62,448 nt of DNA from positions 1 to 62,448 of the forward strand of contig JBAZUT010000009.1 in assembly GCA_041661265.1 (NCBI GenBank). The letters run 5' to 3'. Under the pieces are notes generated by a model. The model worked only from the letters and a program-made list of their open reading frames with translations. It did no database searches and was not told the origin of the DNA. How positions within the stretch are numbered: position 1 is the first letter of the stretch; each line of letters starts with the position of its first letter. Positions 7,575 through 16,034 of the stretch are shown piece by piece. A program made the position numbers and the translations under genes. Source of the DNA: Minisyncoccota bacterium (GTDB lineage: Bacteria > Patescibacteriota > Minisyncoccia > JAHIHE01 > JAGLIN01).

Positions 7575-7603
7575 AAAAAAGTAAGCCGAAATTAATTCGA
7601 CTT
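7575..7603 (-). terminator. intrinsic terminator after the lipoprotein gene
   Basis: AAGUCGAA-uuaau-UUCGGCUU followed by ACUUUUUU. It overlaps the stop codon. Confidence 0.65.
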
Positions 7604-7990
7604 ATAGTTCTTTATTGCCTGCATTTCATCCATCCCAAGCTCCCTGTGATCTTCAAAGGTTCCATCCCCTTTTCCGTATAGGACCTCCCATGAACCATCC
7701 ACGTAACTGGTCTTATAGATGACATCATGCTTTCCATCCTTATTCAGATCAAAAACGATCGTTGAAGCTTTTTCAATTTTCCTTCTCGTTATTTCCTTTG
7801 AAAAAGAACCGCCAGATCCGTCCATCGTTATATAGATCACATCGATAGCTGAGTCATACTGAGTTATTATAGTATCGTTCAAACCGTCATTGTTCATGTC
7901 CTCCCTTACAATATAGGGCGGACCGTTGATACATCCTGCCGTCAAAGCAGCGATCGCTATGACAGTCAAAACCAATATCCATTTATTCAT
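7592..7990 (-). CDS. lipoprotein with FG-GAP/VCBS-like Asp-rich repeats
   Basis: AAGGAGGT RBS before the ATG at 7990. Signal peptide with lipobox LTAGC. Repeats DMNNDGLND, DLNKDGKHD and GKGDGTF. Confidence 0.7.
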   Translation of the reverse strand: MNKWILVLTVIAIAALTAGCINGPPYIVREDMNNDGLNDTIITQYDSAIDVIYITMDGSGGSFSKEITRRKIEKASTIVFDLNKDGKHDVIYKTSYVDGSWEVLYGKGDGTFEDHRELGMDEMQAIKNYKSN

Positions 7991-8139
7991 TCTCTTACCT
8001 CCTTTATTCAAGTAACCGGTACTTTGCCTAAACTGCATTATACGCTTATTTATCATTATTGTCAACACATCGGGATTATCTGTATTATATGGATTTAAAA
8101 AAGCAGTGATGATCCATCAAACTGCTCATATTATATTTA

Positions 8140-9420
8140 TTACCAGCTGCTTTCGATCCCGATGTCCTCCCTGCACCATTTCCCATCGAACTTGATGAGT
8201 TTTGCGGCTCTGTATGCCAGCGCGCGAGCTTCTTCTTTCGTGTTCGCTATGGCCGTCACCGACAGCACGCGTTTCCCTTTGAATGTATAGAGGTCATTCA
8301 GCCGTTCGGTGCCGGAATGATTTACATAGACTCCGGAGATCTTTTCGGCCTCTTCGATCCCGCTTATTATGATCTTTTCTTTCTTTGCATCTTTGACTTT
8401 CGCGGGATAGCCCTCGGAAGCGAGCACCAGACATACCGCATACTTTTTCTTCCAGTCTATTTCGACCTCGGATAGCTTTCCTGCAATGCACACTTCGACG
8501 ATCTTCAGAAAGCTTGTTCCAAGAAGCGCCATCGCGACCTGCGCCTCAGGATCTCCCAGCCTGACGTTATATTCAAGGACCATCGGTCCTTTTTTTGTCA
8601 TCATCAGTCCGAAATAAAGACAGCCCGCATAAGGCATGTTCCGGTCTTTCAAGCCCTGCATGGTCGGAATGACGATCTCCTGTTTGATCCTCTTGAAAAG
8701 GTCATCGCTCACCCAGGTCAGCGGTCCGATGGCTCCCATTCCTCCGGTGTTCGGACCTTTATCATTGTCATGAGCGCGCTTGTGATCCTGTATCAAAGGG
8801 AACATTTTGAACGTGCGACCGTCATAGAACACCATGAGCGACAATTCGCGCCCCGAAAGAAGTTTCTCTATAAGGACGATATTTCCCGCACAGCCGAATT
8901 CTTGCTTCACCATTATCCTGTATAACGCGGATTCGATCTCTCTTCTTGTCTTGCAGACGAAAACTCCTTTTCCGGAAGCCAGGCCATTCGCCTTCACGAC
9001 GCCCTTTTTCAGATTATTCTTCCTGACATATTCCATCGCATCTTCATAGCCTTGGAACATTTCATATTCCGCGGTCGGGATCCCGTACTCTTCCATGAAA
9101 AGTTTCCCGAAAAGTTTGTCCGCTTCAAGCTGAGTGGCGAATTTCCCCGGACCGAATATCGGAATTCTTTCGTGTTTGAACCGGTCCACTATCCCCTGGT
9201 TGAGGATCGTTTCCGGCCCCACGATCGTCACATGGACATTGTTCCTGGCAAACCTCGCAAGTTCGTCCAAATTCGCAAGATCTATCGGCACATTTATCCC
9301 GATCTTCTTTGTTCCCGCATTTCCGGGGATTGCATAAACCTTGTGCCCCTCACGAACCAGCCTGTTCACCATCGCATCTTCACGCCCGCCGTTTCCCAAA
9401 ACCAATACTCTCTGTTTCAT
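8140..9420 (-). CDS. purD: phosphoribosylamine--glycine ligase
   Basis: 426 aa with ATP-grasp layout. N-terminus MKQRVLVLGNGGREDAM, plus GPNTGGMGA and EYNVRLGDPE. AAGGAGG RBS. Confidence 0.9.
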   Translation of the reverse strand: MKQRVLVLGNGGREDAMVNRLVREGHKVYAIPGNAGTKKIGINVPIDLANLDELARFARNNVHVTIVGPETILNQGIVDRFKHERIPIFGPGKFATQLEADKLFGKLFMEEYGIPTAEYEMFQGYEDAMEYVRKNNLKKGVVKANGLASGKGVFVCKTRREIESALYRIMVKQEFGCAGNIVLIEKLLSGRELSLMVFYDGRTFKMFPLIQDHKRAHDNDKGPNTGGMGAIGPLTWVSDDLFKRIKQEIVIPTMQGLKDRNMPYAGCLYFGLMMTKKGPMVLEYNVRLGDPEAQVAMALLGTSFLKIVEVCIAGKLSEVEIDWKKKYAVCLVLASEGYPAKVKDAKKEKIIISGIEEAEKISGVYVNHSGTERLNDLYTFKGKRVLSVTAIANTKEEARALAYRAAKLIKFDGKWCREDIGIESSW

Positions 9421-9550
9421 AAGACATCTGCCTCCTTTTTCCTGTTTTCAATGTTCGATCGATTGGTTAGTCGTAAATTATTTAACTTCCCCCGATCAAT
9501 GTATTCAGTTTAGTTTTTATTTCCATTTTGTCAATATATAAAACTCGAAA

Positions 9551-9585
9551 AGAGGTCTGCACCTTGTCCGCAAGGTCAGACCTCT
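9551..9585. repeat. 35-nt GC-rich hairpin element (family with 11316..11350)
   Basis: AGAGGTCTGCACCTTG-tccg-CAAGGTCAGACCTCT. Confidence 0.6.
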
Positions 9586-9682
9586 GAAATTATATTATAA
9601 TGCCGGCAATCGACATCAACAGAGGATCCGACCTGTATAAATGCAAGATCTGCTCTCAATACGAGAATATATAAACATATCA

Positions 9683-9714
9683 CGAAAAAAAGAGAAAGCC
9701 TTTTCCGGCTTTCT
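9683..9714 (-). terminator. intrinsic terminator after the small ORF 9721..9840
   Basis: AGAAAGCC-ggaaaa-GGCUUUCU followed by CUUUUUUU. Confidence 0.7.
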
Positions 9715-9720
9715 TGTATT

Positions 9721-9840
9721 TTAGGATATTCTCCTTTTTTCTTTGTTTTCTTTTTCTCGTTCGATCCTCGCAAATCCGCAATTCTTTTCATTGTGCATTT
9801 CTCTTCTTTCTTTTTCTCCCTCTCCGGTCATGCTGCTCAT
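9721..9840 (-). CDS. small highly charged protein (39 aa), not in the ORF track
   Basis: AAGGAGG RBS 8 nt before the ATG. Sequence MSSMTGEGEKERREMHNEKNCGFARIEREKENKEKRRIS*, with a terminator directly after. The track ORF 9576..9791 reads through that terminator in another frame. Confidence 0.5.
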   Translation of the reverse strand: MSSMTGEGEKERREMHNEKNCGFARIEREKENKEKRRIS

Positions 9841-10011
9841 TTTGTTTTCCTCCTTCTTTAAATTTGTTTCAAAAACAAAAAAACTCCCTGTAAGATATTA
9901 TAGAGAGACTTCTTCGTCTTTTTGACACTTCATTGTGCCGCTTATGAAGATATTTTACACCCGCCTCCGATCTGAGTCAATACCGAATAAAAAAAGAGCA
10001 GACAAGTTTGT

Positions 10012-10623
10012 CTACTTCTGTGTGATGATCTGGGCTGATTTGTATACGCCGATATTGGCGTAATAGGCATTTCCCAATGTTTCTCCGCCGACACTTCCGA
10101 TGGCTGTAGCATATCTAAATGCTGACCTGTCACTGTATCTGATGGAAAACGTTCCGTCATTGAATGTGTATTTGTAACTTCCTTTGCTAACCGGTCCGAC
10201 GCCTGTGAATCTGACATCAATGTCTTTCAAAACTGCCGGTTCCTCCGTACACATGTATGTCACTGGGTCGCAAGTCTGAACTGTTACGTTCATTGCGGAT
10301 ATAAACATCTCCGCTTTATTCAATTTGTTTCTGTCAACTGATACGAACCCAACGCTCGAATCAATTGGTCCATAGCCATATGTGGATGAAATGTAGTTCC
10401 ACCCCTCATCGTATGTCGAAGAACTGAAAGATACAAATGTTCCGTCATTCCCCCATGTTCCCGAAATGTAAGTGTCAGTCGTATTGCCATTCACAGTTTG
10501 CGTGAAAGACGCAATTGTATTGACTCCGTCATGCTTTACGATTACGGGCTTTGCCGCTTCTGCGCTCATGGTCAATGCAAACAAGACCATAAAGGCGACT
10601 ATTACCTTATATATGTTGTTCAT
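10012..10623 (-). CDS. secreted hypothetical protein
   Basis: Signal peptide MNNIYKVIVAFMVLFALTMSAEA. Thr/Ser/Gly-rich, beta-rich look. A terminator hairpin overlaps the stop codon. Confidence 0.65.
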   Translation of the reverse strand: MNNIYKVIVAFMVLFALTMSAEAAKPVIVKHDGVNTIASFTQTVNGNTTDTYISGTWGNDGTFVSFSSSTYDEGWNYISSTYGYGPIDSSVGFVSVDRNKLNKAEMFISAMNVTVQTCDPVTYMCTEEPAVLKDIDVRFTGVGPVSKGSYKYTFNDGTFSIRYSDRSAFRYATAIGSVGGETLGNAYYANIGVYKSAQIITQK

Positions 10624-10842
10624 TTATTGTTCCTTCGCATACATACGTGTATGCTATGCCATCCTCAGTTTCTGAAGCCGATTCCCCTACTTCGGGAGAT
10701 GGTTGTTTTGCGCTTTTTTTCACGCCTTATAAGGTTATCACAGATTTTGATATCTGTCAAGGGGACTGTAATCATTAAGCTATAATGTCCTCATAACTAT
10801 TCATCTAAATGTCCAAATGGCAGAATATATTCGTCCTATGTC

Positions 10843-10949
10843 GTCATTCTGAGCGAAGCGAAGCGGAGTCGAAGAATCCCCATGTCTATGGCATTCTCAT
10901 CGTCATAAAGGCTGGATCCTTCGCTCCATTCCATTACGCTCAGGATGAC
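10843..10949. repeat. REP-like imperfect inverted repeat (GTCATTCTGAGCG...CGAAGAATCC type)
   Basis: The left arm 10843-10879 and right arm 10914-10949 are near reverse complements. They produce the spurious ORF ending ..LRFASLRMTT. Confidence 0.6.
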
Positions 10950-11064
10950 ATCCGGGAATGAACATATCGCTGCATAATTAATTTGGACATTTTGCTGACT
11001 TGCAACGGGAGATTGAACCATATTTTGACGATAATTGTGAAACTACGAAAAAAAATACCGGCCA

Positions 11065-11223
11065 TCATTTCACCGGTTTTTTATTATTTATAACGAATTT
11101 TCCGAAACAGCATCCTCCTTTTGCAACGCCCTTTTCGCAAGATAGCAGACCTTTGCATTCCCAATCTTTTATAAGTCGGAGCTTTATCCAGCAATAGAAC
11201 ATCTTCTCATCCGCCTCAGTCAT
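11065..11223 (-). CDS. small Cys-rich protein (52 aa)
   Basis: GGAGG RBS 6 nt before the ATG at 11223. Sequence MTEADEKMFYCWIKLRLIKDWECKGLLSCEKGVAKGGCCFGKFVINNKKPVK*. A bidirectional hairpin with T-runs follows at ~11048-11085. Confidence 0.45.
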   Translation of the reverse strand: MTEADEKMFYCWIKLRLIKDWECKGLLSCEKGVAKGGCCFGKFVINNKKPVK

Positions 11224-11315
11224 AACAACCTCCATTGGCTCAATAATAGGTTTGTTGTGGAATAATGTCAACAACCGCTATTTTACTAAAAAATCGAGTC
11301 CCTGAAATAACTACC

Positions 11316-11350
11316 AGAGGTCCGACCTCCCGCTGGAGGTGCGGACCTCT
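11316..11350. repeat. 35-nt GC-rich hairpin element (family with 9551..9585)
   Basis: AGAGGTCCGACCTCC-cgct-GGAGGTGCGGACCTCT. Confidence 0.6.
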
Positions 11351-11469
11351 TTCACAGGCAAACTTGTCGCGACAATACATGATCTTGAACACAAAAAAAC
11401 CGCCCTCCGGCAGATAAAATAGTTTTCCATATTTTTTCATTTTGATCTTTGCATTTTTCATTTTTTCTG

Positions 11470-11541
11470 CGTCCCCGATAGGAATCGAACCTATATCTAG
11501 AGCTTAGGAGTCTCTTGTTCTATCCATTGAACTACGGGGAC
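11470..11541 (-). tRNA. tRNA-Arg (CCT)
   Basis: Hand fold: acceptor GTCCCCG/CGGGGAC, D-arm GTTC-AATGGATA-GAAC, anticodon loop CTCCTAA, T-arm ATAGG-TTCGATT-CCTAT. Close to E. coli argW in layout. No encoded CCA. Confidence 0.85.
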
Positions 11542-11698
11542 GGATATATATAATACTCATTTAATATAACAGTAATCCGGCATAAGTCAACATCAAACCC
11601 CGCAGCGAATCCCACTCCGCTGCCTTCCGGCACGTTTCATCGAATGCTGGCAGCGAAACAAGCATGCAGGTTCCGGCGCCGTAATAAAAAAGGATATC

Positions 11699-12103
11699 TT
11701 AATTGAATATCCCTGTCCAAGCTTTGTCCCAAAATCCTCTTGGGATGTATTTAAAGTTCAGAACTTTGCTTGTTTTTTTGAGCGCCGATTGCGACCCCCA
11801 CTGATCAAATTTATCGCAGATCCCGCGCCTTTCGCCGATCTCATATTCCCATGAATTTAGCGTCCTATATATTTCGACCGCATATTTTGTACGCTCGTCA
11901 CGCTGGTATTCGCTATTTTCCGCATTTGCAGACGTCATGATATCATCCGTGATCTTGATATATTCATCAGAATCTATATCGATGCTGGATTTATTTGACG
12001 CTTCCATACAAAGCCGGGGTTCTTCCTTTTTGTTTTTTTCGATAATATCCGCCAACCGCTCCTTGAAACGTTTCATGGAGAAGCCGAATATCTCAATGGT
12101 CAT
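11699..12103 (-). CDS. hypothetical protein
   Basis: 134-aa ORF whose ATG overlaps the stop of the upstream gene (ATGA coupling). Confidence 0.55.
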   Translation of the reverse strand: MTIEIFGFSMKRFKERLADIIEKNKKEEPRLCMEASNKSSIDIDSDEYIKITDDIMTSANAENSEYQRDERTKYAVEIYRTLNSWEYEIGERRGICDKFDQWGSQSALKKTSKVLNFKYIPRGFWDKAWTGIFN

Positions 12104-12603
12104 GGGGATCTGATTTGCATATCGTTCGAAGCTATATATATATATATATCATGGTGGCCTGTAATATCCAATCGCTCAAGCATAGCCTTCTCGATCATAT
12201 CGTTCCATTGGGCTCCGCCTCCTTCGCTTCTTGCGATCACTGTGACGACTGCTTCAAGCGTGTCTCTTTCATTCTCATGGAATTTTCCATTGATAAGCTC
12301 ATAGAGAGACATCCAGATCGCTTTTTCCGTGTGATATAGATTCACAGAATGCAATTTTTTTATTGCCACAAGCTCGGTTTCGTCCAATACTGATTTTTTC
12401 TCATTATCAAGCAATATTTCACGCAATTTTTCCATATTGCCCGGCGCAATCGCTGCCCTCTTTATGACTTCCGAGAACTGTTTTTCTTTAAAATGCGTCG
12501 GAATGCTTCCGACCATAGCCTCAGCCAAAAGATTCTCCTCATGCAGCTGTTTAAGCTCCGATACGGTCATGTTCACATAACATATACACTTTTCGTCTGA
12601 CAT
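12100..12603 (-). CDS. hypothetical protein
   Basis: GGAGGT RBS before the ATG at 12603. 167 aa with no motif I recognise. Confidence 0.6.
   Translation of the reverse strand: MSDEKCICYVNMTVSELKQLHEENLLAEAMVGSIPTHFKEKQFSEVIKRAAIAPGNMEKLREILLDNEKKSVLDETELVAIKKLHSVNLYHTEKAIWMSLYELINGKFHENERDTLEAVVTVIARSEGGGAQWNDMIEKAMLERLDITGHHDIYIYIASNDMQIRSP
12133..12149. repeat. (TA)8 dinucleotide microsatellite inside the 3' end of CDS 12100..12603
   Basis: tatatatatatatatat encodes ..DIYIYIAS.., 30 nt before the overlapping start of the next gene. Confidence 0.9.
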
Positions 12604-12700
12604 ACTTACCTCCGAATATAATGTACGATCCGCTTTGAACGTACAGCACAGTTACGCATAATGCAATTCCGATGTCAATAGTGGTGAAGATCTCGAACGA

Positions 12701-12729
12701 TTGACATTTATTCTAAATCATGCTATGAT
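12701..12729 (+). promoter_or_regulatory. sigma70-type promoter with extended -10
   Basis: TTGACA (12701-06), 17-nt spacer, TGcTATGAT (-10 at 12724-29). Confidence 0.6.
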
Positions 12730-12780
12730 GTTGAGTTGTAAATCCTACAACGCACTGAAAATATATGGATGTGAAACAAC

Positions 12781-13134
12781 ATGATTACGGTAACAGTATT
12801 GACAAAACGCAATCCTGAATTCAGGGAATACGAAGTGAACGAAAGAGTTTCAAATAGCGACAGATTGTTCAATGACATCTCCAGCGAACACAGCAAAGAA
12901 AGCCTTATCTGGATCGGTAATAACGGGAAGTCTATCGTGGAGGATTTATTTTCAACCGGCGGCATAGGCGATATCCTGATATTTTCCGAAAAAATATCGA
13001 TCCAAAAGAAAAAGGAAGCAGACTGGTCAAAGATTGAAGAACAACTTATGGCCACTCTAGCGAAACTATACGGAGGGTCAAAGCTTTCATTCTGGACATG
13101 GCTTTCACGCGAGATTAACGCTTTGACGTCATAA
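12781..13134 (+). CDS. hypothetical protein
   Basis: 117-aa ORF downstream of the promoter. The antisense 12723..13169 ORF is low-complexity. Confidence 0.5.
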   Translation: MITVTVLTKRNPEFREYEVNERVSNSDRLFNDISSEHSKESLIWIGNNGKSIVEDLFSTGGIGDILIFSEKISIQKKKEADWSKIEEQLMATLAKLYGGSKLSFWTWLSREINALTS

Positions 13135-13158
13135 AACAAAAATCGGAGGATAATTCTA

Positions 13159-13437
13159 ATGATCGTCAATCAAGAAGAAATCGATAAGATCAAAGAGGAA
13201 ATTAAAATATTTGAGAATGAAATAGAATGTCCAGAATGTGGCGGGAAGCAAAAAGTCATAAATGAAAGGTATTTAGTTTGTCACGACAAGATAACACCCT
13301 CTGGAACGATAAGACGCATATCAATGTTCAGATCTCACATGAAATGTTCATGTACAAAAATATATTTTATTTCAGCGGAAATAAATGATTCTATAATAGA
13401 AGAATTGGAAGATTCATATGCCCTAAATATGCTTTAG
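13159..13437 (+). CDS. hypothetical Cys-motif protein
   Basis: GGAGGA RBS. CPECGG..(x12)..C zinc-ribbon-like motif. Confidence 0.55.
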   Translation: MIVNQEEIDKIKEEIKIFENEIECPECGGKQKVINERYLVCHDKITPSGTIRRISMFRSHMKCSCTKIYFISAEINDSIIEELEDSYALNML

Positions 13438-13547
13438 TATTGATAGGGATAAATGACAGCAGGAAATCATCTTGCTGTTTCTTTTTATCAAATGTCTTCT
13501 ATGCTTGATGCTTTTCAAATAATATTAACATATGCTAGACTAATATC

Positions 13548-15020
13548 ATGATAATCCCAAAAGAAGTAACAACCATTTTGAAAAAGCTTGAAAAGGCGGG
13601 CTTTGAGGCGTATATCGTAGGCGGATGCGTGCGCGATTTTTTGATTGACCGTGATCCGAACGATTGGGACGTGACCACAAACGCAAAACCCGAAGATATT
13701 CAAAGATTATTCCCACATAATTTCTATAACAACAAATTCGGCACGGTTACGGTTGTGGACGAAAAAGCGAAAAATGAGAACATGAAGAACATTGAGATAA
13801 CAACCTACAGGATCGACCAGGGATACAGCGACAAAAGACATCCGGACGCGATCCTGTTCACCCCGAATCTGGAAGAAGATCTTGCCAGAAGAGATTTCAC
13901 GATCAATGCGATGGCGTTGAAAGTCGAAAGTGGAAAGTCGAAAGTGGAAAGTCGAAAAGCAAAAAAATATGAGATTGTGGATCCGTTCGGCGGACAAGGA
14001 GATCTGAAAGACAAGATCATAAGGGCGGTCGGAGATGCTGACAAGAGATTCAATGAGGATGCTCTGCGCATGATGCGCGCTGTCCGATTCGCATCCCAGC
14101 TCGGATTCAAGATCGAAAAGAATACAGCCAACGCGATCAACAAGAACAGGGACCTCTTGAAATTCGTTTCATGCGAAAGGATACGCGATGAATTCTCGAA
14201 AATAATCCTGTCAGACAGGTCCTATGACGGCGTTGAACTCCTTCGCGAGACCGGACTTCTCAGATATGTCGTCCCCGAACTCGAAGCAGGGATCGGCGTG
14301 GGGCAGAACCGCCACCACATCTATACGATATATGAACACTCGGTCCTTTCTTTGAAACATTGCCCGAGCAAGAAACTCGAAGTGCGGATCGCGGCACTTC
14401 TTCATGACATCGCCAAACCGCAGACAAAAGCGGGATCGGGACCGGACGCGACTTTCTATAACCACGATTTTGTCGGCGCAAAATTCGCACGGAACATTAT
14501 GACGCGCCTCAAATTTCCCAACGCCGTGATCGACAAAGTTTTTCTCCTCGTAAAAAACCACATGTTCTATTACAACACGGGAGAAGTCTCCGAAGCGGGA
14601 GTCCGCAGGCTCATCTCGAGAGTGGGAAAAGAGAATCTGAAAGATCTTATGGACCTCCGCATTGCCGACCGCCTCGGAAGCGGAGTCCCGAAAGCGAAAC
14701 CATATAAATTACGCCATCTTGAATATCTGATCGAGAAAGTAAGCAAGGATCCGATCTCTCCGAAAATGCTCAAAGTGAACGGAAATGACATCATCAAAAC
14801 CCTGAACGTCCCGCCGGGACCGAAGATCGGCGCAATCCTGAAAGTTCTTCTTTCCGAGATCATAGAAGACCCGGAAAGAAACACAAAGAAATATCTTGAG
14901 AAAAGAATGAAAGAGCTTTATGAACTGTCCGACGAAGAGATCAGAAAGAGCGAAAATATAATCCAGGAAAAGAAAGAAGAGGAAGACCTCAAAGACAAGA
15001 AGAAGTTCTGGGTGAAATGA
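13548..15020 (+). CDS. cca: class II tRNA nucleotidyltransferase (CCA-adding type) with HD domain
   Basis: GGCVRDFLIDRDPNDWDVTT, RRDFTINAMA and the HD motif LLHDIAKP. Confidence 0.85.
   Translation: MIIPKEVTTILKKLEKAGFEAYIVGGCVRDFLIDRDPNDWDVTTNAKPEDIQRLFPHNFYNNKFGTVTVVDEKAKNENMKNIEITTYRIDQGYSDKRHPDAILFTPNLEEDLARRDFTINAMALKVESGKSKVESRKAKKYEIVDPFGGQGDLKDKIIRAVGDADKRFNEDALRMMRAVRFASQLGFKIEKNTANAINKNRDLLKFVSCERIRDEFSKIILSDRSYDGVELLRETGLLRYVVPELEAGIGVGQNRHHIYTIYEHSVLSLKHCPSKKLEVRIAALLHDIAKPQTKAGSGPDATFYNHDFVGAKFARNIMTRLKFPNAVIDKVFLLVKNHMFYYNTGEVSEAGVRRLISRVGKENLKDLMDLRIADRLGSGVPKAKPYKLRHLEYLIEKVSKDPISPKMLKVNGNDIIKTLNVPPGPKIGAILKVLLSEIIEDPERNTKKYLEKRMKELYELSDEEIRKSENIIQEKKEEEDLKDKKKFWVK
13919..13957 (+). 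repeat. 2.8 copies of a 14-nt tandem repeat inside cca
   Basis: gaaagtcgaaagtg x2 plus 11 nt, encoding KVESGKSKVESRKAKK just after RRDFTINAMA. Confidence 0.9.
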
Positions 15021-15147
15021 TCGAGATTGCCAAAAAGGAGCTAAGCTCCTTTTTAAATTATTTTCCGGAATATAAAGATTAATCCTCCGGTAGTGACAGG
15101 TCGCGACCTGTCACTACATATGATGTATTAAAAAAAACCGATCAGCT

Positions 15148-15345
15148 CTATTTCTTGATCGGCTTATATTTATCAGCATCGTTTTGTTTTGTTTCAAAAA
15201 AGATCGAAACGATAAGACCATTTGGACCCGCAGTAACCTCCCTATGAATTATCTTTATCTTTCTGTCATGTTCTTTGAACCAATCATTCACTTCTTTATC
15301 CAGCTCTTCAACATTATTACCCTTAAATGTCTTCATCTGTTCCAT
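15148..15345 (-). CDS. small hypothetical protein (65 aa)
   Basis: AGAGGTG RBS before the ATG at 15345. Sequence MEQMKTFKGNNVEELDKEVNDWFKEH... Confidence 0.55.
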   Translation of the reverse strand: MEQMKTFKGNNVEELDKEVNDWFKEHDRKIKIIHREVTAGPNGLIVSIFFETKQNDADKYKPIKK

Positions 15346-15489
15346 GATACACCTCTTTTTTCCGCTTCGATTCAAACAAGCGGATTCATGAAAAGATTTT
15401 GGCATACGGATACGCTTATGTCAACCCCGTGCGATTGCATATGCAAGAATGCGCCATCTGTCCGTATTACGAAAAAAATAACGATTAGC

Positions 15490-15921
15490 CTAATAGCCAA
15501 TCGCTTTTTTGATTTTTATATATATCGCTCCATATGGAACAATTTCACTGGACAGGATAAGAACAGCTCCGATCCCGCCAACCGCCCCCAAAGCCTGCCA
15601 TAAGGAATATTCCGAGCAACAACCGCTGATCGCGTTTCCCGCCATCTTGACCGCCACGATCATAAAGATCGGAGCTATCAGCAGCATGAAAACCGCATAT
15701 ATGGTTTTGCTGTTCTTCTTCACGATGATCTGCGCTTTTTCAGGCCGCAACATGCACGACAGCACGATACCTATGGCAACAATGCCGAATACCATCAATA
15801 TGTCCTTCATGTCCAATCCTCCGGTCAGGATCCTGATCCCCACAACCGACACCAGAAAAGCCGGGAACAATATCATCACGGCAAGCTCTGATCTGCCAAT
15901 TTCCCTTCCTGCAATTTTCAA
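15490..15921 (-). CDS. hypothetical polytopic membrane protein
   Basis: GGAGGT RBS with a TTG start. About 4 hydrophobic helices. Confidence 0.6.
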   Translation of the reverse strand: MKIAGREIGRSELAVMILFPAFLVSVVGIRILTGGLDMKDILMVFGIVAIGIVLSCMLRPEKAQIIVKKNSKTIYAVFMLLIAPIFMIVAVKMAGNAISGCCSEYSLWQALGAVGGIGAVLILSSEIVPYGAIYIKIKKAIGY

Positions 15922-16034
15922 ATTATTACCTCCATATATGCATATTATAATACCGGATATTCAGAGTCAAGACGATACCTTTACAATAACAGCCAATATA
16001 ATAGAATGATATAAAAGAAAAGGAGGCACGTTCT

